DNA of 64,000 nt from an uncultured Clostridia bacterium (lineage in GTDB: Bacteria > Bacillota > Clostridia > TANB77 > CAG-508), in assembly GCA_934167095.1 (NCBI GenBank), contig CAKPKE010000003.1, positions 5,533 to 69,532 on the forward strand, in the 5' to 3' direction. Position numbers and translations under genes: made by a program. The notes below the pieces were generated by a model. The model ran no database searches. It was given only the letters and a program-made list of their open reading frames with translations, and was not told where the DNA came from. The first letter of the stretch is position 1; every line of letters begins with the position of its first letter. Shown here one piece after another: positions 27,108-36,406 of this stretch.

Positions 27108-27425
27108 ATGTGCAAAGAAAAAGAGGTAAAAAACATGGAATGCAAATGCAAGCAAATTTGCTGTAAAATGCAGAACCAAGGACTTCGGTGTGCTATTAAT
27201 ACTTTAAGAGTTCACCGGGACAATAGCAATACTATTTTAAGAACTCTGGAAGCTATTTATAATTCACTGTCAGTATATTCTTGTTTACCTGGTACTTGCC
27301 TGCTTGAAAGAGTAAAGTGGGTATATGATAATATTGAAGGTGGAAATGTCCCCTTATATACAAGCGAAGGGACTAAGTTAAATATGCTGATTAAAGAATT
27401 AGAGGTGTTTGTAGACAACTGCTAA
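27108..27425 (+). CDS. cysteine-rich small protein (105 aa, 11 Cys), hypothetical
   Basis: MCKEKEVKNMECKCKQICCKMQNQGLRCAIN...SCLPGTCLLERV...VDNC. RBS AGGAG with 6-nt spacer. GC (~37%) above local background. Confidence 0.55.
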   Translation: MCKEKEVKNMECKCKQICCKMQNQGLRCAINTLRVHRDNSNTILRTLEAIYNSLSVYSCLPGTCLLERVKWVYDNIEGGNVPLYTSEGTKLNMLIKELEVFVDNC

Positions 27426-27735
27426 ATCACACAAAAAAAGAAATAAATTCTTTTCCTCGCAAGAGGTTTCTTTTTTTATATTAATTATAAGAGTAAGAAA
27501 AATAAATTAGTTTTGAAAATAAAGAATTAATTAATCTTTTGAAATTTAATAGAGGAAGAAAAAACTAAAATCTTCCTGTATTTTATTAACACCGGAAAAT
27601 TTTTCTGGTATTTATTAAAAAAGGTAAAGAAATATGAAAATAAAAATAAATAAGATAGACGACTCAATCTTCTTGTATATAGGCCCGTTTTCTGCTATAA
27701 TGGAATATGTAGTAAAAGAATAGGAGATACAAAAA

Positions 27736-28626
27736 ATGAAGTTAGCCAATAATTGGAAAGATTATGAAATATTAGATATGGCAAATGGAGAAAAATTAGA
27801 AAGATGGAATAACAAAATTCTTATAAGACCAGATCCACAAATAATTTGGAATGATAAACAATTTCCTGAAAAGTGGAAAAAAGCAGATGCAAGATATTCA
27901 AGAAGTTCAACAGGTGGAGGCCATTGGGAAAACAAAACAAAACTTCCAGATAGTTGGCAAATAAAATACAAAAACTTAACTTTTAATATTAAACCAATGG
28001 GATTTAAACATACAGGAATATTTCCAGAGCAAGCTGTTAACTGGGATTGGATGATGGAAAAGATTAAAACCACAATAAAAGAAGAAAAAAGAGAAGTAAA
28101 GGTACTAAATCTTTTTGCATATACAGGTGGTGCAACAGTTGCGTGCTTGTCAGCAGGAGCATCAGTTTGTCATGTTGATAGTTCAAAAGGAATGGTTGCA
28201 TGGGCAAAAGAAAATGTTGAATCTTCAGGATTAAAAGATAGACCAGTTAGATATATTATTGATGATGTTGTAAAATTTGTAAATAGAGAAATTAGAAGAG
28301 GCAACAAATATGATGCCATAATAATGGATCCACCATCTTATGGAAGAGGTGCAAATGGCGAAGTTTGGAAGTTTGAAGAAAACATTCCAGAGCTTGTAAA
28401 ACTTTGCATGCAAGTATTATCTGATAAACCAGTGTTTTTCTTAATAAATTCATATACGACAGGAATTTCAAGTACAGTACTAGAAAACTTATTAAAAATG
28501 AATATGAAACAAAAACTAGGAAGAAGTTTTAGTGATAAAAACTTTGAAAACGGAGAAATTGGTTTACCAATGACTGGTTCTAGTTTAATTCTGCCTTGTG
28601 GAATCTATGCAAAGTGGGTGAGATAA
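27736..28626 (+). CDS. class I SAM-dependent RNA methyltransferase (RlmI/YwbD-like)
   Basis: ...LNLFAYTGGATVACLSAGA.VCHVDSSKGMVAWAKENV...IIMDPPSYGRG... Confidence 0.7.
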   Translation: MKLANNWKDYEILDMANGEKLERWNNKILIRPDPQIIWNDKQFPEKWKKADARYSRSSTGGGHWENKTKLPDSWQIKYKNLTFNIKPMGFKHTGIFPEQAVNWDWMMEKIKTTIKEEKREVKVLNLFAYTGGATVACLSAGASVCHVDSSKGMVAWAKENVESSGLKDRPVRYIIDDVVKFVNREIRRGNKYDAIIMDPPSYGRGANGEVWKFEENIPELVKLCMQVLSDKPVFFLINSYTTGISSTVLENLLKMNMKQKLGRSFSDKNFENGEIGLPMTGSSLILPCGIYAKWVR

Positions 28627-29315
28627 TGGAAAAATTAAATATAATATATGAAGATAATCATATAATAGTTGTTGAGAAACCAGTAAATATTCCATCTCAA
28701 GGGGATAAAACAGAAGATGTTGATATGCTTACGCTAATAAAAGCATATCTAAAAGAAAAATACAATAAACCAGGAAATGTTTATTTAGGTCTGGTTCATA
28801 GACTAGATAGACCAGTTGGTGGAGTAATGGTATTTGCTAAAACTTCAAAAGCTGCATCAAGGCTAAGCGAACAAGTAAGAGAAAAAGTTTTTAAGAAAAA
28901 GTACCTAGTAATATGTAATGGATATTTTCACAGCACAAAGGGAACTTTGAAAGATTATTTACTTAAAAATGAAAAAAATAATATGAGTAAAGTTGTAAAA
29001 GAAGGAACTAAAAATTCTAAATATGCAGAGCTTGATTATGAAGTTCTAAAATATGATAAAGAACAAAATTTATCAGTTTTAAAAATAGACTTACATACAG
29101 GTAGACATCATCAAATAAGAGTTCAACTTGCATCGAGAGATCATGCAATATATGGAGATCAAAAATATGGTGAAAGAGGTCAAAGACAACAAATTTGCTT
29201 GTTTGCATATTCGCTTACAATAGAGCATCCAATAACTAAAAAAGAGATGAATTTTAAAGTATTACCTAAATATGAAAAAACATGGAAATTGTTAGAAGGA
29301 ATAAAAGAAATATAA
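28626..29315 (+). CDS. RluA-family pseudouridine synthase
   Basis: ...YLGLVHRLDRPVGGVMVFAKTSKAASRLSEQVRE... Start overlaps the upstream stop (TAATG). Confidence 0.8.
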   Translation: MEKLNIIYEDNHIIVVEKPVNIPSQGDKTEDVDMLTLIKAYLKEKYNKPGNVYLGLVHRLDRPVGGVMVFAKTSKAASRLSEQVREKVFKKKYLVICNGYFHSTKGTLKDYLLKNEKNNMSKVVKEGTKNSKYAELDYEVLKYDKEQNLSVLKIDLHTGRHHQIRVQLASRDHAIYGDQKYGERGQRQQICLFAYSLTIEHPITKKEMNFKVLPKYEKTWKLLEGIKEI

Positions 29316-29320
29316 AAAGG

Positions 29321-29348
29321 AAAAGGGGACGACATTGTCGTCCCCTTC
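29321..29348. terminator. GC-rich bidirectional terminator
   Basis: ggggacgac-attg-tcgtcccc, a perfect 9-bp stem. Confidence 0.75.
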
Positions 29349-29358
29349 ATCATATGGT

Positions 29359-29550
29359 TTAGGCCACGGAACACTGTGCTGACCATGTGACTATAGAACC
29401 ATTAGCTCCGCTGTTGACAAGCTCCCACTCTGTTTGAACACTGTAAAGTTTCCGCAATACATCTAAGAAGATGTTTGCCTCGTCCTCAGAATTGAAAGAA
29501 ACTGAATGCTCAAACAGTTCTTTGGCAGCAGAGGAAAGATTATGATTCAT
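29359..29550 (-). CDS. 63-aa small protein, divergent from agrB, strongly expressed; hypothetical
   Basis: MNHNLSSAAKELFEHSVSFNSEDEANIFLDVLRKLYSVQTEWELVNSGANGSIVTWSAQCSVA. RBS AAGGAGGT. Promoter TTGGAC-18-TGgTATAAT. GC about 42%. Confidence 0.6.
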   Translation of the reverse strand: MNHNLSSAAKELFEHSVSFNSEDEANIFLDVLRKLYSVQTEWELVNSGANGSIVTWSAQCSVA

Positions 29551-29836
29551 TTTTTTTACCTCCTTGATTTTTCAGGTATCTTATATTATACCACATATTT
29601 TCCAAAAAGTCCAATTTCCCGGGCAATTGGTCAATTTTTCTAATATGGATATACAAACTGTAACATTAACTATAAAACGATAAATGCAGGAAAACAATAA
29701 AAGTTTATGAAAGTGCCAAAATTATATATGAAAAACTAAAAAAATATATTTAACCTATAAAAATAGGTTAGATGTATAATAAAAGGAATATAAAGAAAAT
29801 ATGTGATATTATATCAGCATAAGGAGATGAGAAAAA

Positions 29837-30457
29837 GTGATTGAAAAAATTTGTGATAAATTAACACAAAAAATAAGAAAGCAAAATCCAGAAATTGATG
29901 ATGAACGAGCAGAAGTTATAAACTATGGCCTTCAACTAATTATTGGAGAAGTGCCAAAGCTGATTTTATTATTTGCAGTTGCTGTTATATTTAAAATAGC
30001 ACCACTTGTAATATTTGCATATATGACAATGCTTCCATATAAAGTGGTAGCTGGTGGATTTCATCTTAAAACAAATATTGGTTGCACATTAGGAACATTT
30101 TTAATTTATTATGGAAATGTGTTTATAAGTAAAAGTATTATTTTTACAAATATTTGGATAAAAGCAATAGTCTGCTTTTTTACATGGATTTTAGCAATAA
30201 TCATGATTTCAAAATATGCTCCAGCAGATACAGTAAATTTACCAATACTAAGAAATAAAGATAGAAAAATAAAAAAGATATTATCTTATGTGTTTGCAAC
30301 AATAACACTAATTGTAGGTTTGCTAATAAAAAATGATACACTTTCAAATATACTTATTTTCAATGTATTAATAGAAACTTTTTGCATTACTGAATTTGCC
30401 TATAAAATAACTAAAAATGAATATGGATATAGAACATATTTGAAGCAAAATATTTAA
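29837..30457 (+). CDS. agrB: accessory gene regulator B (AgrD-processing membrane peptidase)
   Basis: GTG start with RBS AAGGAGA. Multi-TM. ...YKVVAGGFHLKTNIGCTLGT... carries the conserved catalytic His and Cys of the AgrB family. Confidence 0.85.
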   Translation: MIEKICDKLTQKIRKQNPEIDDERAEVINYGLQLIIGEVPKLILLFAVAVIFKIAPLVIFAYMTMLPYKVVAGGFHLKTNIGCTLGTFLIYYGNVFISKSIIFTNIWIKAIVCFFTWILAIIMISKYAPADTVNLPILRNKDRKIKKILSYVFATITLIVGLLIKNDTLSNILIFNVLIETFCITEFAYKITKNEYGYRTYLKQNI

Positions 30458-30532
30458 TAAATAGATAATATAAGCATTAAGCCGGCGATGCTTTATTATA
30501 TAGAATTTGAAAAATCAAGGAGGATAAAGTTT

Positions 30533-30652
30533 ATGTTAAAATTATTAGCCAAAATTGCAGAAAGATATGCAAAATCAACAAATACAGCTTGCATTATATG
30601 GGGAATGTTTCATCAACCAAAAATGCCTGCTTCATTAATAAAAAAAGATTAA
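30533..30652 (+). CDS. agrD: AgrD autoinducing-peptide precursor (39 aa), absent from the ORF track
   Basis: RBS AAGGAGG 9 nt upstream. MLKLLAKIAERYAKSTNTACIIWGMFHQPKMPASLIKKD: amphipathic N-terminal helix, Cys core, then a conserved HQP...charged tail as in clostridial AgrD. Confidence 0.8.
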   Translation: MLKLLAKIAERYAKSTNTACIIWGMFHQPKMPASLIKKD

Positions 30653-30686
30653 TTTACATACATAATTCCTATAAAATAACAAAAAT

Positions 30687-30712
30687 AAAAGAGAGCCTTC
30701 AAAGCTCTCTTT
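30687..30712. terminator. bidirectional terminator between agrD and convergent kinase gene
   Basis: aaagagagc-cttcaa-agctctcttt. Confidence 0.7.
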
Positions 30713-30750
30713 AAATATTGATAGAATAGAAATTTACTAAGAATAATCTT

Positions 30751-32103
30751 TTAGTTTTCATAAATCTCAATTTGCTGTTTAAAGAATTTGTCATCTTTTG
30801 TAGTAAATCTTGCTAGATTCTTGTGGCGTTTTATAATTTTATTTACTTCCCAAAGTCCAAGTCCTGTATTTTTTTCTTTTGTAGAAAATCCTTTTTCGTA
30901 AATTTTATCAAGGTTTATAGATTTATCTTTGTAAGTATTTTCAATTATCAATAGTTGCCTGTGCTGATTAAAGTCGCTTCTAATAATAACATTTATAATT
31001 TTTTCATCACATTCAGAAGAGGCCTCAATCGCATTATCCATTAATATTCCAAGAATTCTAGTAAATTCATATATTTGCATATTAAGCTTATTAAAATCAA
31101 TAAAGCATTCTAATGAAATTTTGATTCCTAAATTATCAGCCTTATAATATTTGTTTGCAAGAACCGTATAAACTGCAGGACTATTTATTGCATCAGGACT
31201 TAATGAACTTAAATTGTTTAATTGTGTGCAATCAACCAATAGTTGAGAATAATATTTTTTTAAACCTTCCATATCATTTGTTTCAATGTATCCACCAAGA
31301 CCGGCAATAATGTTTGCAAAATCATGTTTAAAAGCTCTTATATTGTCATGAAGAATTTGAAGAGTCTTATTAGATAATTTTTCTTGCTCTAAACTTTCTT
31401 CTGTTCTTGCTAAATTCATTGTTTTTACTAAGCTATAAATACTTAAAATTGAGTATACAATTAAAAATATTAAATTAAAAAGTACTATCTGAGAAGGAAG
31501 AACATCAGTATAATAACTAATTAGGTACATTTGCATAAATATTACATTTAGAGCAAAAAGAATATTGAAAAATAACATACATTTATTCTTTTTGCTAAAG
31601 TTGCTAAAAAAATTAATTGAAAAATTCTCTTTCTTTATAATTATAGAGAATAATATTAGTATAATATAAATAAAATTATTTATTAAAAACCTATATAAAG
31701 GAATTATGGAACATTCTTCGTAAACCAAACCAAAACTAATATAAAATAGTTTAGCTAAGATTACTTCAATTGAAGTAATTACTGCGACAGTAACAAATTC
31801 TGCAAAAAAACTTCTAAGTATATTTATTTTAAAAATATATTTTATAATAAGAGGAATTGTTACCAGTGTAATAATATTACTAAATGGTTTTGGTATTATA
31901 TAAGCACAAAATATTCCTAAAACAGCAACTGATATAACATAAATTAATTTTTGCTTTTTTGTTGAAGAAATTTTCAAAAAAGTAGTAAAAAAACTCATTT
32001 GAGCAAAGGCTTCAACAAAGACCATTGGAATATACATTAAATTTACAAGTAATTCATTTTCAGTTGTCAGAAAAATTAAAATACTATTAAAAAATTGAAT
32101 CAT
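30751..32103 (-). CDS. AgrC-like sensor histidine kinase (polytopic sensor plus HATPase_c_5)
   Basis: Six or seven N-terminal TM helices. C-terminus ...LGILMDNAIEAS...IENTYKD...GFSTKEKNTGLGLWEVNKII. Confidence 0.8.
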   Translation of the reverse strand: MIQFFNSILIFLTTENELLVNLMYIPMVFVEAFAQMSFFTTFLKISSTKKQKLIYVISVAVLGIFCAYIIPKPFSNIITLVTIPLIIKYIFKINILRSFFAEFVTVAVITSIEVILAKLFYISFGLVYEECSIIPLYRFLINNFIYIILILFSIIIKKENFSINFFSNFSKKNKCMLFFNILFALNVIFMQMYLISYYTDVLPSQIVLFNLIFLIVYSILSIYSLVKTMNLARTEESLEQEKLSNKTLQILHDNIRAFKHDFANIIAGLGGYIETNDMEGLKKYYSQLLVDCTQLNNLSSLSPDAINSPAVYTVLANKYYKADNLGIKISLECFIDFNKLNMQIYEFTRILGILMDNAIEASSECDEKIINVIIRSDFNQHRQLLIIENTYKDKSINLDKIYEKGFSTKEKNTGLGLWEVNKIIKRHKNLARFTTKDDKFFKQQIEIYEN

Positions 32104-32803
32104 TATTTATGACCTCCATGAATTTATTTTTATATTTAGGACCTATACAAGATTCTGCACAGACTCCATCTTTAAAGAAAATTACATTACTTTTTGCATC
32201 AACATGACTGATATTATCTAGATTTACTATAAATGATTTATGACATCTAATAAAATTTTTTGGTAAAGTAGGTTCTATCTGATTAAAAGAGCAGTAGGTT
32301 TCAAAACTTTCAGAATTAGTTACATAAATAGCTTTCATACCATCTTTTTGTATATAATCAACTGAATCACGATTAATTATCTTTCCAGAATTATTAATAT
32401 GAATAAAGCTAGGATTAGAACTATAAATATCATCAAAAATTCTTAAAACGGTTCGTTCTAAGCGATTGTAAGTAAAAGGCTTCTGAATAAAATCAAAAGT
32501 TTTACATTCAAAAGATGAAACGATATACTCAAAATGTGCTGTAACAAAAATTAAGTATAATAATTTATTGTTTTTTCTAATAAGTTTTGCTATTTCAATT
32601 CCATTTTCTCGAGAGTCTAAATCAATATCTAAAAATAGAACATCAATAGTATTATTGTTTACAAAATTTAGAAGTGCATTTGTATCATTGGTGGAAAAAA
32701 CCACACTCGCATTAAAATCATATTTTAAGAAAATGCTATTAAGCATCTCACTCAGCTTTGATAATACTGAGGAATTGTCATCACATAAAACAAATTTTAT
32801 CAT
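32087..32803 (-). CDS. LytTR-family response regulator (AgrA-like)
   Basis: MIKFVLCDDN receiver domain (LFLDIDL) plus LytTR DNA-binding domain (IRCHKSFIVNL). Overlaps the kinase start by 17 nt. Confidence 0.85.
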   Translation of the reverse strand: MIKFVLCDDNSSVLSKLSEMLNSIFLKYDFNASVVFSTNDTNALLNFVNNNTIDVLFLDIDLDSRENGIEIAKLIRKNNKLLYLIFVTAHFEYIVSSFECKTFDFIQKPFTYNRLERTVLRIFDDIYSSNPSFIHINNSGKIINRDSVDYIQKDGMKAIYVTNSESFETYCSFNQIEPTLPKNFIRCHKSFIVNLDNISHVDAKSNVIFFKDGVCAESCIGPKYKNKFMEVINNDSIF

Positions 32804-33097
32804 TTGAACTCCTATAAATAATAACCAAAAATTTCCAATAAAGATAATATAGAACAAAATAAAAAACTTGTCAAGAAAAAATAACAAATAAATTAAAATG
32901 TCGAAAACTGCAAAACCATTGCTATTTATAAGAAAAATAAAGTAATATTTTCAAAAAACAATGTAATGTTTTGAAAAAATTACAAAAATATTAAATATTT
33001 GTAGAAGTATTGAAAAAAATAAATTAGTAAGATATTATTAATGTGGAGAAAAATTTGTGACCTTCGTAGACATAACGTTAGCGAAGACAAGGAAGGA

Positions 33098-34390
33098 ATG
33101 AAATTAAGTATGAGAAAAAAAGCAAAGTTAATTATTATTAGTATTTTGATGATATTTTTTCTACAATATGTAATAGGATTAAAAAGTGTAAGTGCAGTGT
33201 CAAATGATTTTTCAAGAATAAAAACACTATATGAATTAGCAGTAAACTTCAAAAGTGAAAATGAGGTAGAGGATTCTGCAAATGATTTATGCTTACAATA
33301 TATAAGAAGAAATAAATATAATACATCTACTTGGCAATTAACAGCAGGAACAATTAATTCTGACTTTGTAAGCTACATTGAAAATAATGATGAAGAATTA
33401 AGTAAATATGATTTTTCAAAAATGCAGGTAATAGACGAAATTACAGGCGAAGATGTTGATTTTGTACATTTATGCGCAACTTTAAATGCTATTACCAAAA
33501 ATAAAAGCGTAACATTAGAACTACCATCTTTTGCAGGTTGGGTAGGCGACTTAACTACTTTAATGGAACAGGTAGTAATTTATGATGATGGAAAAACAGA
33601 TGAAGAATTACAAGAATATGCAAATAAATTAATGGCAAGCAAAGACAGCAAAGTAAATTCAACTTTTGATATTAACGATGCTTTAGCAGATTTAGATGCA
33701 GTTAATTTATATAGCAATTACTTGATATCAGATAAAAGTTTATATGATGCTATAAGCGAATATTACTCAAATAGTAAATTTGTAACAAATAGAAAAGGAT
33801 ATTTTACTGATAACTTTGGCGGAAAAGATAATATAAAAACTTTCGTAACAAATATGTTTGCTGGGTATGTGGGTAATATGTGTATAAAAAATATCATGAA
33901 TCAAGCAAATTTTGTTAAATATTCTGCAAATACAAGTAAATATACAAATTTTGCTGTATTAGCCTTTGATAATTATATGAATTCAAATGAAATTGTAAAA
34001 ATTGAAGTAAACAAACTTCCAAATAAAACAAGCTACAAACAAGGTGAAAATTTAGATTTAGCAGGTGGAACTATAAATGCTGTTTTTGAAGATGGAACTA
34101 AAAAAGAAATTGAAATGTTAGACGAGGAAGAACAAGTCAAATTTGAAGGATATGATAAAACAAAAATTGGAAAACAAGAAATAACAATAACATATAAAGA
34201 TAAAAAAACTAGTTTTAGTGTAGAAGTCACAGAGGATATAAAAGAAGAACCAAAGAAAGACGATGATACAGTTGCAAAAACTCCAATTCCTCAAACAGGA
34301 ATTAATAGTATGATTACATTAATTTTAGTTGCCACAATAATATCAAGTATTTTCTATATAAAATATAAAAAATATGAAATAAAAAAATAG
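33098..34390 (+). CDS. cell-wall-anchored surface protein with (I/L)PQTG sortase sorting signal and Ig-like domain
   Basis: Signal peptide. C-terminus ...AKTPIPQTGINSMITLILVATIISSIFYIKYKKYEIKK gives motif, TM and a positive tail. Confidence 0.75.
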   Translation: MKLSMRKKAKLIIISILMIFFLQYVIGLKSVSAVSNDFSRIKTLYELAVNFKSENEVEDSANDLCLQYIRRNKYNTSTWQLTAGTINSDFVSYIENNDEELSKYDFSKMQVIDEITGEDVDFVHLCATLNAITKNKSVTLELPSFAGWVGDLTTLMEQVVIYDDGKTDEELQEYANKLMASKDSKVNSTFDINDALADLDAVNLYSNYLISDKSLYDAISEYYSNSKFVTNRKGYFTDNFGGKDNIKTFVTNMFAGYVGNMCIKNIMNQANFVKYSANTSKYTNFAVLAFDNYMNSNEIVKIEVNKLPNKTSYKQGENLDLAGGTINAVFEDGTKKEIEMLDEEEQVKFEGYDKTKIGKQEITITYKDKKTSFSVEVTEDIKEEPKKDDDTVAKTPIPQTGINSMITLILVATIISSIFYIKYKKYEIKK

Positions 34391-34403
34391 GGGGATTTTA
34401 TTT

Positions 34404-35105
34404 ATGAAAAACAAAAACTTATTAGCACTTTATTTAGTAGTTGCAGCACTTGTAATTATGATAATAGGAGAGTTTTCGATAATTATTTATCATAATGTAA
34501 AAGAAAACAACAAATATAAAAAGTATTTGGCAAGAGATATAGTAAAAGGTACATATACTTTAGGCGATCCAGATGCTGACGGAGTTGCGTATAGCTTAGA
34601 AAACGAATATGTAACCAAAAATGGAATAGGAGCTAGAGTTGAATCTATTGAAAAAACAGATAAAAAATTAATTGCAAAAGTAACATTTAAATTTGAAAAT
34701 GATATAACATTTAACCAAAGTGCTTTTAGATATGGTTTTGCAATTTATGATGAAAACAAAAATGTGTATGAAGTTTTCTCAAGAATGTATTTTAACAGTA
34801 AAGAAAAAATGGATTATAGAACATTATATACATATAAAGACCTTGGTATAAAAAATTATAAAAATAAAGTATATGAATTAATGTTATCAGATGGTTGCCA
34901 ATCTGGAAGTGTTCTAGTAGGAGATAAAGAAATAACAATAAATGTTGATATTACAGCAAAAGATAGCTTCCCAGAAAGCAAAAAATTATATATAAATGTA
35001 TTTGATTTAGGATACATTGAAGCAAAATTTGATGAAAATAATAAGCCTCAAGTAACAGATTTTAACTTAAGTAATACAGAATGGCAATTTGAAGTAGATT
35101 GCTAA
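34404..35105 (+). CDS. hypothetical membrane-anchored protein
   Basis: N-terminal TM LLALYLVVAALVIMIIGEF. RBS GGGGGA. Probably co-transcribed with the surface protein gene. Confidence 0.5.
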   Translation: MKNKNLLALYLVVAALVIMIIGEFSIIIYHNVKENNKYKKYLARDIVKGTYTLGDPDADGVAYSLENEYVTKNGIGARVESIEKTDKKLIAKVTFKFENDITFNQSAFRYGFAIYDENKNVYEVFSRMYFNSKEKMDYRTLYTYKDLGIKNYKNKVYELMLSDGCQSGSVLVGDKEITINVDITAKDSFPESKKLYINVFDLGYIEAKFDENNKPQVTDFNLSNTEWQFEVDC

Positions 35106-35269
35106 TACAAATAAAAATAAATCTAATTTTGATTAGGTTTATTTTTTTTTGGAATAAATAAAATGTGACTTCATAAAATTAAATAAAAAGCAGAGTAGTT
35201 AGAAAAAAGATAAAAAAATGAAACTATGAAAGCCTTTGTAATTAATAAATAGAGAGGAATGAATTTTTT

Positions 35270-36097
35270 ATGAAGAATATAAAAAATTATCTTTTTGAAG
35301 GTATTACTATATTTATAGTAGCAATGTTTGTATTTGGAATTACGTATGTAAATAAAAATAATGTTTCTATAGATACATCTGCAGGGCAGGGGGATTTTGC
35401 AGGTTTAAGTAATTCAAAAATAGAATGGGGACTTTCAAGAAAAAAAGAGCATGTTCAGCCAGATGTTGGTTCAAAAAATAAGTCTATAATGGAAAAATAT
35501 AATGGACTATATATGGGGAATAATGAAAAAAAGTATGTCTATCTAACATTTGATTTAGGATATGAAGCTGGTTACACCGAAAAAATATTAGAAGTCTTAA
35601 AGCAAAATGAAGTAACTGCAGTATTTTTTATAACTGCACACTATGTAAATACTCAGCCAGAACTTGTGCAAAAAATGATAGATTATAATCAAATAATTGG
35701 AAACCATACAGTAAATCATAAATCAATGCCAAGTTGCAATTTAGATACAATAAAAACGGAAGTAATGGATTTACATACAGCAATTAGCAAAAAATTTGGT
35801 TATGAAATGAAATATATAAGACCACCTAAAGGGGAATATAGCGAAAGAACTGTTGCATATTGTAATTCACTTGGATATACAACTGTAATGTGGTCATTTG
35901 CTTATGACGATTGGGATGAAAATAAACAAGGAAGAGAAGACTATGGAAAAAACAAGATTTTAGATAATCTTCATAATGGAGAAATAATGTTATTGCATGC
36001 AACATCAAAGGATAATGCCAACATTTTAGATGAAGTAATAAAGAAAACAAAAGAGGCAGGTTATGAATTTAAAAGTATTGATGAATTTGAAAAATAG
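35270..36097 (+). CDS. pdaA: polysaccharide deacetylase, PdaA-type delta-lactam-biosynthetic de-N-acetylase (spore cortex)
   Basis: NodB homology motifs TFDLGYE and HTVNHK...LLHA. Confidence 0.75.
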   Translation: MKNIKNYLFEGITIFIVAMFVFGITYVNKNNVSIDTSAGQGDFAGLSNSKIEWGLSRKKEHVQPDVGSKNKSIMEKYNGLYMGNNEKKYVYLTFDLGYEAGYTEKILEVLKQNEVTAVFFITAHYVNTQPELVQKMIDYNQIIGNHTVNHKSMPSCNLDTIKTEVMDLHTAISKKFGYEMKYIRPPKGEYSERTVAYCNSLGYTTVMWSFAYDDWDENKQGREDYGKNKILDNLHNGEIMLLHATSKDNANILDEVIKKTKEAGYEFKSIDEFEK

Positions 36098-36109
36098 GAG
36101 AAATTTTTA

Positions 36110-36388
36110 ATGAGAAAAAGGGCAAAACAAACAAGGTTAGATAGATTTCTAGAAGTTCCAGAAGAAGTTTCAAGCCAAAATTCGAAAATAACAATACAAG
36201 ACTTTTCAAAAATGCTAATAGAAAATTATAAATCTATACTTGAATATCAAGATATTTATATAAGAATAAAAATGTATTCAGGAATAGTAAATATAACTGG
36301 AACTAACTTGAAATTAGAAGATATGACTACTGATGATATTGTTGTAAATGGCGACATTGATTCGGTAGATTTTGAAAAGATAGAGTAA
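36110..36388 (+). CDS. yqfC: sporulation protein YqfC (YabP family)
   Basis: ...LEVPEEVSSQNSKITIQDF..., TGTNLKLEDMTTDDIVVNGDIDSVDF. Precedes yqfD. Confidence 0.75.
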   Translation: MRKRAKQTRLDRFLEVPEEVSSQNSKITIQDFSKMLIENYKSILEYQDIYIRIKMYSGIVNITGTNLKLEDMTTDDIVVNGDIDSVDFEKIE

Positions 36389-36406
36389 AAAAAGAAAGGA
36401 GCAACA

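Noticed and set aside
29321-29348. GGGGACGAC...GTCGTCCCC as the possible 5' end of tmRNA or another GC-rich structured RNA
   Set aside because: Only a perfect hairpin between convergent genes (a terminator). No tRNA-like T-arm or CCA, and no tmRNA, RNase P or SRP signature motifs nearby.
29600-29760. AgrA-type (LytTR) direct repeats ACTGTAAcattaACTATAA in the agr intergenic region
   Set aside because: Repeat spacing (12 nt start to start) does not match the 9+12 geometry of LytTR sites, and similarity is weak in AT-rich DNA. Mentioned only as a place to look experimentally.
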